A stretch of 64,000 nt of DNA from Terriglobia bacterium (GTDB lineage Bacteria > Acidobacteriota > Terriglobia > 20CM-2-55-15). Below, piece after piece: positions 39,367-49,035 of this stretch. Position numbers and translations under genes: made by a program. The stretch lies in assembly GCA_965198225.1 (NCBI GenBank), contig CBDAOY010000008.1:1234070-1298069 (forward strand), read 5' to 3'. Numbering within the stretch: the first letter of the stretch is position 1; the number at the start of each line of letters is the position of its first letter. The notes below the pieces were generated by a model. It saw only the letters and a program-made list of their open reading frames with translations, had not been told where the DNA came from and did not search any database.

Positions 39367-41683
39367 ATGACGGAACAAATCCCTGGATCACCCTTGGAAG
39401 GGTCCGAACCTCAAGCGGTCCCCATCCGTATCCTCTGGGTGGAGGACTCCCCAACCGACATCGATCTGGGGGAGCGGGAATTGAAGAAAGCGGGCATCGA
39501 GGTGGAGAGCGAGGTCGTCGAAACGCTGGACGATCTTGTGGCACACCTCGAGGCAGCAACCTACGATGTCATCTTGTCGGACCACGGGCTCCCCGGATGG
39601 ACGGGGATGGAGGCTCTCGAGCAGGTCCGACAGGCCGGCAAGGACATCCCCTTCATTGTGGTGACGGGGGCCCTAGGCGATGAGGCGGCGGTGGACTACA
39701 TCAGGAAAGGGGCCTCGAACTATGTTCTCAAAAAGAATCTACAGCGTCTGCCCCTGGCCGTTCGCCAGACCTTGATCGAGCAATCCCTGCGCCGGGCCCG
39801 GGCCCGTGCACAGGAGGCGCTGCGGATCAGTGAGGAGCGTTTCCGCCTGCTGGCCGAAAACGCACGCGACACCATTTACCGCTACCGGATCAAGCCGAAC
39901 CCCGGGCTGGACTACGTCACTCGGTAGTGATGCTGACGGGCTACACTCGGAGGAATACTATGCGAACCCCGGGCTGGCGTACAGGCTGGTGCATCCAGAC
40001 GATCGAGGGCTGCTTGAACAGGCCCCGGAAGAATCGGCGGGGAAATCCGTCACTCTGAGATGGCGCCGGAAAGACGGACGATTTATCTGGGCCGAGCAAC
40101 GAAACGGGGCGGTCTATGACAAGTCCGGAACTCTTGTGGCGATCGAGGGCATCATCCGGGACACCACCGAACGCAAGGGACTGCTGGACAAAGCGCATCG
40201 ACTGGCTGCCATTGTCGAAGCATCCGAGGACGCCATCATTGGTCTGGCGCGAGATGGCACGATCACCACGTGGAATCCAGGCGCCGAGAAAATGTTTGGC
40301 TATAAGGCCGCGGAACTGGAAAGACGCTCTATCGCGTTGTTGGCGCCATCGGACCTGAAACAGGAACGATTCCGGCTGGCCCGAAAGATGATCGGGGGTG
40401 AACAAGTCGTCCAACATGAAATGAGAGGGACCCGAAAAGACGGCGAAGAAGTCTGGCTGTCGTTAAGCGCCTCACCTATCCGGGGGGAAGACGGCAGGAT
40501 TGAGAGCTTTTCGGTAACGGCCCGCGACATTACCGCACACAGACTGGTGGAGCAGCAGCTTCGACAGGCTCAAAAGATGGAGGCGGTGGGACGACTCGTC
40601 GGCGGAGTCGCCCACGATTTCAACAATCGACTGACTGTGATAATCGGCGTTCTTCAGATGCTCGAACGGACCGATGAAGAAGGTGCGCAGTGGGTTCGAA
40701 CTGCTGCGCGGGCGGCGGCGGGCGGCGCGGAACTCATCAGTAGGCTCCTCGCCTTCTCAAGGCAGCAGGTGTTGGAACCCAAGGTGATTGTTTTCGAAGA
40801 GGCCTTGGAGGAGATTTGCGAGCTCCTTCGAAGAACCATCGGGGAAAACGTCGAGCTGAAAACCGCGTGGAGCGATGAGGCATGGAAAATCCGCGTGGAT
40901 GGTGCTCAGTTTGAAGCCGCTATACTCAACCTGGCCCTCAATGCCAAGGATGCCATGCCAAAAGGCGGCCGATTGACGATTGAAACGGCCGAGGTCCACC
41001 TGAATGAGGACTACGCGCGGGCAAATGCGGAAATGGCACCCGGTTCCTACGTGATCGTGGCGGTCCGTGATACTGGAAAAGGCATTGCCCCCGAGCATCT
41101 GGGCCAAGTCTTCGAGCCGTTTTTTACGACCAAGGAAACCGGCGAAGGAACCGGCCTGGGGCTCAGCATGGTCCATGGCTTCATCAAACAATCTCGCGGC
41201 CATGTCGAGATTTGCAGCGAGCCGGGAGAGGGTACGGAAGTTAAGCTCTATTTTCCCAGATCTAGGGAGCCTGTCGATCCGAAGGAGAAAGCAACTGGCT
41301 CGACCATGCCTCGTGGCGAAGAAACCATCCTGGTAGTGGAGGACGACTCTGACGTACGCGAAACCGTCGTCAAGTCTCTGAAAGATCTCGGTTATGCGGT
41401 TCTGGAAGCCAATGATGGGGAATCGGCGATCGAAATCGTCAACGGCGATCGCCAGATAGATTTGCTCTTCACCGACGTCGTCCTGTCAGGACAGATGGAC
41501 GGGTTCACGCTGGCGCGAGAGGCGCAGGAAGTGAGATCGGGGCTCAAGGTTTTGTACACATCAGGATATGTAAGGAGTGACTTTTTCGAAGAAATAGAAT
41601 CTGAAGGACGGTCCGCCCTGCTCGTCAAGCCATATCGGGAGGAGGCTCTGGCAGCTAGGGTCCGTGAAGCTCTCGACGTCTGA
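39367..41683 (+). CDS. Hybrid kinase REC-PAS-PAS-HisKA-HATPase-REC, frameshifted near 39922-39950
   Basis: REC in 39349..39927; PAS, QAQKMEAVGRL..AHDFNN, FTTK..GTGLGL and C-terminal REC in 39806..41683. Confidence 0.85.
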
Positions 41684-41747
41684 CCGCGGCACGGAGATAC
41701 ACAGCCCGGTGAAGGCCAGTCAGTGCTAATCAGATTCAGGACCTCGT

Positions 41748-41767
41748 CTAGTGGCCTCTAACAGTGC
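41748..41767. mobile_element. Solo end of the 9723-9989 MITE family
   Basis: CTAGTGGCCTCTAACAGTGC resembles CTAGTG(A/G)CCTGTAACA(G/A)TGC. Confidence 0.55.
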
Positions 41768-41787
41768 CTGTCCCTATTTTTTTCACG

Positions 41788-41953
41788 AGCGGAATGGCCC
41801 GTAAGAGAGCCACTGTGAGGGGGACAGGGCCTGGCCCTGTCCCCGGGTGTTGACTAAGCAGAAAGGTCGACGATCGCAGACCGCGCTACATTCTCACTTC
41901 CCCCACTCTCTCTGCCGCAGGACATTCCGGCGGATCTTGCCGCTGACGGTCTT
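41788..41953. repeat. Direct repeat, right copy
   Basis: Aligns with 37026-37184; includes the intact 3' end of the acyl-CoA synthetase gene. Confidence 0.85.
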
Positions 41954-43516
41954 GGGCAGTGTGTCGACGAATTCGATCTTTCTGGGGTACTTGTAGGGCG
42001 CGGTGTGTTCCTTCACGAATTCCTGCAGTTGGGCCGCCAGCGCCTCGCCGGGTTCCCACCCGGCGGTAAGGACGACGAATGCTTTGACGACTTCGCCACG
42101 AACTTCGTCCGGGCTGGATACGACGGCCGACTCGGCCACGGCGTCGTGTTCGAGCAGCGCGCTCTCGACTTCGAACGGACCGATCCGGTAACCGGCCGAC
42201 AGGATCACGTCGTCCGCCCGCCCGACAAACCACAGGTAGCCTTCACGGTCGCGGCAGGCTCGATCGCCGGTGACGTACCAGTCGCCTCGGTAGACTGCCG
42301 CTGTTCGTTCCGGGGCTTTCCAGTATTCCTTGAAGAGACCAGCCGGCCGATCCGGCTTCACCCGGACGGCGATGTCGCCTTCCTGGTCGTCGGGGACGAT
42401 TTCACCCTGGTCATCGATGACCTGGACGTCGAAACCAGGTACGGGCTTCCCCATCGAGCCTGGGCGCATCTCCATGCATTTGTAGTTTCCGACGAGGATG
42501 ACCGTTTCGGTCTGGCCGTACCCGTCACAGATCCCGATACCCGTCGCCCGGCGCCACTCATCGATGACCTCGGGGTTCAGAGGTTCCCCGGCAGCGACGC
42601 AGTGTCTGAGGGAGGGAAACCGCAACCGGGAAAGATCTTCCTGGACGAACAGCCGGTAGTGCGTGGGTGCGGCGCAGAAGGTCGTTATCGGATACCGACT
42701 GAGCACTTCGAGAGTCCTTTGGGGTTCGAACCGTGCTGTGTGGTGGACGAAGATCGCCGCGCCCGTCACCCAGGGGCCAAACAGGGAACTGTAGGCCGCC
42801 TTCGCCCAGCCCGTGTCGCTCAGATTCCAGTGCAGGTCGTCTTCCGTGAGGTCGAGCCAAAACTGCCCCGTAATGCGGTGTGCGAGTGGATAGGATGTAT
42901 GCGTATGCACGGTCATCTTGGGAGGGCCGGTCGTTCCCGAGGTGAAGTAGAGGATCGCAACCTCGCCAGCCTCTGTGTCTGCAGCCGGATACTCATCGGA
43001 AGCCCCGGCAACAGCATCATCGAAGCTCAACCACCCGTCTCGCCGGTCACCGACTATGATTCGTCGCACCGAAGGCGGTTCGATCCCCGACGCGTCGGTC
43101 TTGACCGCCCCCTCAACATCCGTGATGACGGCTTTCGCCTCGGCCGTCTCGACTCGGTATCGGATGTCCTTGCCCGTCAGTTGCGTCGTCCCCGGGCTGA
43201 TGACCGCTCCCATCCGAAGACAAGCGATGTTGATCAGCCACCATTCGATCAGGCGGGGGAGCATGACGATGACGACGTCCCCGCGACCGATGCCGGCGTC
43301 GGCAAGGGCGCTGGCCACCTTCTGAGACTCCAGGCTGAGCTCGCGGTATGTCCTCCGGACCTCGCGGCTCGAGTCGTCGTCGACCCAGAGCATCGCCAGC
43401 TTGTTCTCGTCCTCGGCCCATCGATCCAGGACGTCCCGCACGAAGTTGAACCTCTCTGGAACCTCCAGTCGGAAAGATTGGTACGCGTCCTCGTAGTCGG
43501 TCATGTTGGAAGACAT
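41894..43516 (-). CDS. Acyl-CoA synthetase (medium-chain ACSM-like)
   Basis: YFTSGTTGPPK, SDTGWAKAA, DGYGQTET, GRADDVI..GYRIGPFEVES, PKTVSGK. Confidence 0.92.
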   Translation of the reverse strand: MSSNMTDYEDAYQSFRLEVPERFNFVRDVLDRWAEDENKLAMLWVDDDSSREVRRTYRELSLESQKVASALADAGIGRGDVVIVMLPRLIEWWLINIACLRMGAVISPGTTQLTGKDIRYRVETAEAKAVITDVEGAVKTDASGIEPPSVRRIIVGDRRDGWLSFDDAVAGASDEYPAADTEAGEVAILYFTSGTTGPPKMTVHTHTSYPLAHRITGQFWLDLTEDDLHWNLSDTGWAKAAYSSLFGPWVTGAAIFVHHTARFEPQRTLEVLSRYPITTFCAAPTHYRLFVQEDLSRLRFPSLRHCVAAGEPLNPEVIDEWRRATGIGICDGYGQTETVILVGNYKCMEMRPGSMGKPVPGFDVQVIDDQGEIVPDDQEGDIAVRVKPDRPAGLFKEYWKAPERTAAVYRGDWYVTGDRACRDREGYLWFVGRADDVILSAGYRIGPFEVESALLEHDAVAESAVVSSPDEVRGEVVKAFVVLTAGWEPGEALAAQLQEFVKEHTAPYKYPRKIEFVDTLPKTVSGKIRRNVLRQREWGK

Positions 43517-43806
43517 ACGTTCTCCTCGAAGGCACGGCGGCGGTTCAGAGGACTTATGCCACGGGGAAGGCATCAGCGCAACTCCGGCGGCGGGTTTTTG
43601 CGGCAGAAGTGACCGGCATCGGAACAAGCGTTCCCGATTCTTCGCGCTTAACATTCGGAAATTTCTGTCGCCTCGCGCTATTGACGAGAGTCGCTGATTT
43701 TTCGAACGCTCTTGGAGAAAACGGATAAATCGTAGAAAATATAACGACTTCGATCAAGGCTGGCTTCGCCAGAACCTGCAAAAGAGGGGAGACAAAGAAG
43801 AAAACG

Positions 43807-45672
43807 ATGAGTTCGATAGCGCGCGGAAACGGAAACTCGAATTCGCAGCATCAAGACGTCCATACTATCCGACGTTCTTCAGAGGCGGGAGGCAATGGTT
43901 CGGGTCGGGTCCCTGCAGGGGGAAAGTTGATCGTCATCACGGCCCCCCTGACCGAGTCCATCGACCATGCCGGCTATTTCATACAGATGGCAATGGCGTC
44001 GCTTCCGATCTGGCTGGAATGGATTCTGGACAAGAAGTATCCCACGTGGCGCGACGTCGAGTATCACGACGACGGGAGCGCGAAGTACATGCCGGCCGGC
44101 GTGGGTGTTCTCGAAAAGTCGCTCCTACGTGACTTTCCTAGAGAGGACGTGGTTGCATGCTATCCGGACACCCTGGAACAGTTCATCGGACCCCGCACCC
44201 GGGTTGTCGCCGTGTCGACCCACAACCCGCTGGGCGTAACGTTTGCCGCGGGAGTCTACACGTCCATCTTCGGATCGTCGAAGATGCCGATCAACTCCCA
44301 CTACGCGCGGCAGATGTTCGCCAACATCAAGTCCAGCCTATACCGCGACAGCTTCCAGGTGATCGTCGGAGGATCCGGCGGCTGGCAGATCACACAGACC
44401 GATACGTTCGAAGAGCTCGGCGTGGACTGCGTGGTCGACGGCCGGAGCGAATCCCTCGACACGATGGAGTTGTTCCATCGTGCAGTACGTGCTGAAACGC
44501 TCGAGCGCGAAGTCTCCGTCAACCACCCGCGTGATCGAGCCGCGATCCTGTTTCCGGACCGACGGACCAGCTTCGGCGTTGTCGAGATGACGACCGGCTG
44601 CGGACGCCGGTGTAATTTCTGTGTCCCGGATCTGAACCCGCAAATCGATCTCCCGAAAGACAAGATCATGAGTGCGGTCCGCGCCAACGTCGAAAACGGA
44701 AACAAGCAGATCTCACTGGCGACGGAAGACATGTTCATCTGGGGTCAGGTGAAGACCGACATTCCGTTCTTCTTCCCCAACCGCGAGGCGCTCGTCGATC
44801 TCTACAAAGAAACGTCTGAAGTCCCCGGCGTCGAACAGGTCGGGCTGTCGCACTCGACGATGGCGCCGGCGGTGGTCGACCCGATCCTGATCAAACAGCT
44901 TTCGGATGTCATGCTGGATAAGAGCCCGATCCACTTGCCGTCCGTCAGCCAGCATCCCAGGAAGAAGGTGCTGACGCCCCTGATCGGCTTGGAAACAGGA
45001 TCGGTTCGGCTTGCCAAGAAGATCATGCCGAGCAAGGGTGTTCCGTTCTCGATCGACGACTGGCCGAGCGTGTTTCTCGAAGGCCTGCGGATCATGAACG
45101 AGAACTGCTGGTACCCGATGCTGACGCTGATGATAGGCAACCCCGGCGAAACCGACGAGGACGTGAAGGCCACGCTGGACCTGGTCTACGAGATGGAACG
45201 GCGGAAGCTGTTCGGCTTTCTCGTGCCGTCGGTCTTTACGCCCCTGCACGACACGCGGATGCAGGATGAACGGGGCGTGACCGAAACCAAGAAGCTCACG
45301 CCTCTGCAGTGGCAGCTCATCATGAAGTGCTGGAAGAACAACCTTCGGCCCGGCCAGTACAGCTGGTGGGGACCCTCGGCCTGGCGGATCGGCTCCCTCG
45401 TAATGTGGTTGACGAAGCTGCGCCGCACGAACGGGCGGAACTTCACCTGGCCGCTCTTCATGTTCGCAAGCCTGATGCCCGAGCAATGGATGAATCGGAT
45501 GGGCAAAATCTACGTCGGCAAACCGATGAAGACCAAGACGCGGAAGGAACTGCTGGAATCGATTCGGCCTGGCTACTGGAAGTACCTGCGCGAAGACTGC
45601 GGCGACCTCCCTGAAGGCTGGCCCGGCCCGGAATCGAAGTCTCGGGACCTCAAGGTCCTGGCGACGAAATAG
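43807..45672 (+). CDS. Radical SAM protein with N-terminal B12-binding-like domain
   Basis: CGRRCNFC motif; IVGGSGGWQ; IGLETGS; start codon uncertain. Confidence 0.82.
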   Translation: MSSIARGNGNSNSQHQDVHTIRRSSEAGGNGSGRVPAGGKLIVITAPLTESIDHAGYFIQMAMASLPIWLEWILDKKYPTWRDVEYHDDGSAKYMPAGVGVLEKSLLRDFPREDVVACYPDTLEQFIGPRTRVVAVSTHNPLGVTFAAGVYTSIFGSSKMPINSHYARQMFANIKSSLYRDSFQVIVGGSGGWQITQTDTFEELGVDCVVDGRSESLDTMELFHRAVRAETLEREVSVNHPRDRAAILFPDRRTSFGVVEMTTGCGRRCNFCVPDLNPQIDLPKDKIMSAVRANVENGNKQISLATEDMFIWGQVKTDIPFFFPNREALVDLYKETSEVPGVEQVGLSHSTMAPAVVDPILIKQLSDVMLDKSPIHLPSVSQHPRKKVLTPLIGLETGSVRLAKKIMPSKGVPFSIDDWPSVFLEGLRIMNENCWYPMLTLMIGNPGETDEDVKATLDLVYEMERRKLFGFLVPSVFTPLHDTRMQDERGVTETKKLTPLQWQLIMKCWKNNLRPGQYSWWGPSAWRIGSLVMWLTKLRRTNGRNFTWPLFMFASLMPEQWMNRMGKIYVGKPMKTKTRKELLESIRPGYWKYLREDCGDLPEGWPGPESKSRDLKVLATK

Positions 45673-45769
45673 CTGAAAGTCACCGGGAGGATTCCTCATC
45701 CTCTCGAGCCAAGTCGAGTTTCTTCCGACCGGCTGCTTCCTGCCCCGGCCGGGAGTCCTGGAGGATCCA

Positions 45770-48421
45770 ATGTCATCTCTGCTGCTCATGATGGCGTTCC
45801 TGCTGGCACCCCAGCTGAGCGACCGGCCCTTCTATCCCGGCGGTACCTACAACCCGGACATCCCCTCTCCGGAGGAGGAACTCGGTTACGGTATCGGGGA
45901 GCGTTTCACGCTCTACTCCAACCTCGAGAACTACTACGAGACTCTCGCCGAGACCTCGGATCGGATGCAGATGATTCCCTATGGGGAGACCTACGAAGGG
46001 CGGACACTCTACACGCTGATCTTTTCGACTCCCGAGAACCTCCGAAGGCTGGACGAGATCCGCGCGGCCATCGCGCGCTTGCGCGACCCGAGGACGACAA
46101 CCGAAGCCGAGGCCGCCGAGATCGCCGCGACGACGCCGGCCATCGCGTGGCTGGCCTACAACGTTCACGGCAACGAAGCCGCAAGTTCGGAAGCTGCTAT
46201 GCGGGTGGCGTACCAGCTGACAGCCGGCACGGACACCCAAACGCTGGACTTGCTGAACAACCTGATCGTCATTCTCGATCCGCTCATCAATCCGGACGGG
46301 CGCGAGCGCTATACCTCTCACGTCAACCGGTTTGTCGTCGCCGATGCCAATTCCGACCCGAACGCCATCGAACGCAGCGAACCGTGGCCCGGCGGGCGCA
46401 CCAACCACTATCTCTTCGACCTGAACCGTGACTGGGCATGGCAGACACAGATCGAAAGCCAGGGGCGGATCAAGAGCTACCTGCAGTGGAACCCCCAGGT
46501 GCTGGTCGATTACCACGAGATGGGAAGCGGCAGCACCTATTTCTTCCCGCCACCCTACGCCCCGATCAACAAGAACTTTCCCGATGTCCTCGTCAAGTGG
46601 TTCGAGGTCTATGGTGACGGCAATGCGCAGGCGATGGACCGCATCGGCAGCCGCTATTTCACGACAGAGGGCTACGACCTGTTCTATCCGTCCTACGGCG
46701 ACTCCTGGCCCTCGTTCCAAGGCGCCATCGGGATGACATACGAACAGGGCGGCGGCGGCTTCGGGGCCCTGGCAATCGAGCGCGCCGACGGGACCACGTT
46801 GACGCTGCGCGACCGCGCGCTCAATCACTTCACGACCTCGATCGCGACGCTGAAGACGACGGCCGACAACCGCCGCGACAAGTTGATGGACTTCTATCGC
46901 TTTTTCCAGGAAGCCATCGACCGGGGGGAGAACGGCGAGATCAAGCAGTATTACCTCGTCCCGGGAACCGACGTCGCTCGAGCCCGCGAACTGGCTGAAC
47001 TGCTCGCAAGCCAGGGCATCGAGGTCAGCGTTGCCCGGTCGGAGTTCGGCGGTTCCGGCCTCAATGAATTGTCCGGTCGATCCGTCGAGGAAACGACTCT
47101 GCCCGCCGGGACGTACGTCATCGACCTGGCGCAGCCTTCCGGAATACTCGCGCACGGACTGCTGGAACCCGATCCGGAGATCAACGATTTCTTCTTCTAC
47201 GACATCACATCCTGGTCGCTGCCGCTGGCGTACGGTGTCGAAGCATACGCGGCCACCCAACGGGCCGACGTTTCGGCCGTCCCGCTTGCCGACGCTCCCG
47301 CCTTGACGCTCGGAGGCGCGCCGGATCGTCGCGCACGCGCCGCGTACGCGTTCACGATGGAAACAAACTCGTCGGCCCGGCTTCTGAATGCCATACTCAG
47401 GGAAGACATCCGGACGACGGTGATCCTGAAAGACTTCAGGATGAACGACACTCCGTTTCCACGCGGCACGATCATCATCCCCGTAGAAGGAAACAGCTCC
47501 GACCTGCATGAAAGCGTCTCGGCGCTGGCGGACGAGCACGGTGTTCAGGTGCACGCGTTCCAGTCCTACATGACCCAGGACGGCATCGACCTCGGTTCGG
47601 GCAGGGTCCGGACCCTCCAGAAGCCCCGGATCGCGATCGTCGCCGACAGGCCGACCAGCGGGTACGGCTTCGGAACCCTGTGGCACGTGTTCGAACAGGA
47701 AAACGATGTCGATTTCACTGCGATCCGAACCTCTCAGTTGGGGGAGGTCGACCTAGCCGACTACAACGTCTTGATCTTTCCGGACGGTGGCAATTACATG
47801 GGAGCCGTCGGTGAGAGCACCCGCGAGCGGATTCGTTCGTGGATCCAGAGCGGCGGGACATTCATCGGAATCAAGTCCGGCGCGCGTTTTGCCACAAAGA
47901 ATCAGGCGGGGTTTGCTTCCATCGGTTACCACTTCGTTTCCAACGCCGCAGAAGAGAGTCGTGCGGAGCGGGAAGACGAGGAAGAACCCGAAGAGCTTTC
48001 CGAGGAAGATCGCCTGAAGAAACTCCTGACGCCATACGAGGAGCGTGAGGACCTTCGTCGCACTGATTCCATCCCCGGCGCCACAATGAAGCTCCGCGTG
48101 GACGTGTCGCATCCGCTGGCAATCGGCTACGGCAACGACGTCACGCTGCTCAACCAGAACAGCATCATCCTCGACCTGTCCGAGGAGGGCGACAACGTCG
48201 TCTACTATCCGGAGAGCGATTTCCGCCTCGGCGGCTATATGCGCGATGACAAGGAAGACAAGCTGAAACACACGGCCTACCTGGTGCGGGAACGGCTGGG
48301 CCAGGGCAGTGTCGTGCTCTACGCGGACATGCCGGCGTTCCGGTCGTTCTGGGAAGGCGGAACACGGCTGCTGCTCAACGGTATTTTCTTCGGGGTCGTT
48401 CGGGACCCGAACATCGAGTAA
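45770..48421 (+). CDS. Exported M14 zinc carboxypeptidase family protein
   Basis: VHGNE, NPDGR, FDLNRD, VDYHEM, TYEQ. Confidence 0.9.
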   Translation: MSSLLLMMAFLLAPQLSDRPFYPGGTYNPDIPSPEEELGYGIGERFTLYSNLENYYETLAETSDRMQMIPYGETYEGRTLYTLIFSTPENLRRLDEIRAAIARLRDPRTTTEAEAAEIAATTPAIAWLAYNVHGNEAASSEAAMRVAYQLTAGTDTQTLDLLNNLIVILDPLINPDGRERYTSHVNRFVVADANSDPNAIERSEPWPGGRTNHYLFDLNRDWAWQTQIESQGRIKSYLQWNPQVLVDYHEMGSGSTYFFPPPYAPINKNFPDVLVKWFEVYGDGNAQAMDRIGSRYFTTEGYDLFYPSYGDSWPSFQGAIGMTYEQGGGGFGALAIERADGTTLTLRDRALNHFTTSIATLKTTADNRRDKLMDFYRFFQEAIDRGENGEIKQYYLVPGTDVARARELAELLASQGIEVSVARSEFGGSGLNELSGRSVEETTLPAGTYVIDLAQPSGILAHGLLEPDPEINDFFFYDITSWSLPLAYGVEAYAATQRADVSAVPLADAPALTLGGAPDRRARAAYAFTMETNSSARLLNAILREDIRTTVILKDFRMNDTPFPRGTIIIPVEGNSSDLHESVSALADEHGVQVHAFQSYMTQDGIDLGSGRVRTLQKPRIAIVADRPTSGYGFGTLWHVFEQENDVDFTAIRTSQLGEVDLADYNVLIFPDGGNYMGAVGESTRERIRSWIQSGGTFIGIKSGARFATKNQAGFASIGYHFVSNAAEESRAEREDEEEPEELSEEDRLKKLLTPYEEREDLRRTDSIPGATMKLRVDVSHPLAIGYGNDVTLLNQNSIILDLSEEGDNVVYYPESDFRLGGYMRDDKEDKLKHTAYLVRERLGQGSVVLYADMPAFRSFWEGGTRLLLNGIFFGVVRDPNIE

Positions 48422-48526
48422 GAGGAAAGGAATGCTTCACCACGGAGGCACAGAGGCACGGGGGTAAACGAAAGGATCTTCTTCTTTGTGCCTCTGCCGT
48501 CGCGGTGGATCTTCTAGCTGCCGACC

Positions 48527-48880
48527 TTACTGGATTTCCTCGAGGCTCTTCAGGTGGATCGCCTGGACGCCGTTTCGATCGACCAGCGTGCCGGTCAACC
48601 GAGCCGGTTTCCCTGCCCATCCCGCCACCTGCTCGTTAACCGACACCATACGTTCGCTGAGCAGGATGTAGAACTCTCCATCCTTCGCCAGGAACCCGGC
48701 CGGCACATTGCGGCTCAGACACGCGTTCGAGCAGCCGGCGTGGTCGGGTCCCGTACCGTGCGCGACCAGGTAACAGTGCTGATCGATGACTTCTCCGTCA
48801 AGAGTGACTTCCCTACCCTGAGCCAATACAACGGAAGCCAAGGCCACAACGACGAACAACCACATTGAAAATCTTCTCAT
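48527..48880 (-). CDS. Small exported protein with Cys/His motif
   Basis: Signal peptide; GEVIDQHCY..H..CSNAC..G; OB-like beta strands. Confidence 0.65.
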   Translation of the reverse strand: MRRFSMWLFVVVALASVVLAQGREVTLDGEVIDQHCYLVAHGTGPDHAGCSNACLSRNVPAGFLAKDGEFYILLSERMVSVNEQVAGWAGKPARLTGTLVDRNGVQAIHLKSLEEIQ

Positions 48881-48954
48881 CAGATACTTCTCCTCTCCAT
48901 TACGGTCGCGCCCGACGTCAAATCGGTCCGACTCGTAACTTGTCACTGACCGCT

Positions 48955-49026
48955 GGTGTAGGGGCGCTCTATGAGCGCACATCGTGTCGGCTCGAGGAAT
49001 GTGCGGTCATAGACCGCACCTACACC
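48955..49026. repeat. REPIN (two inverted GTAG-family REPs)
   Basis: GGTGTAGGGGCGCTCTATGAGCGCACAT ... ATGTGCGGTCATAGACCGCACCTACACC. Confidence 0.8.
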
Positions 49027-49035
49027 TTGATCTCC

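Noticed and set aside
42005-47686. Long antisense ORFs (42005..43612, 45773..47686 and many similar)
   Set aside because: Shadow frames of GC-rich genes that have clear family motifs on the other strand
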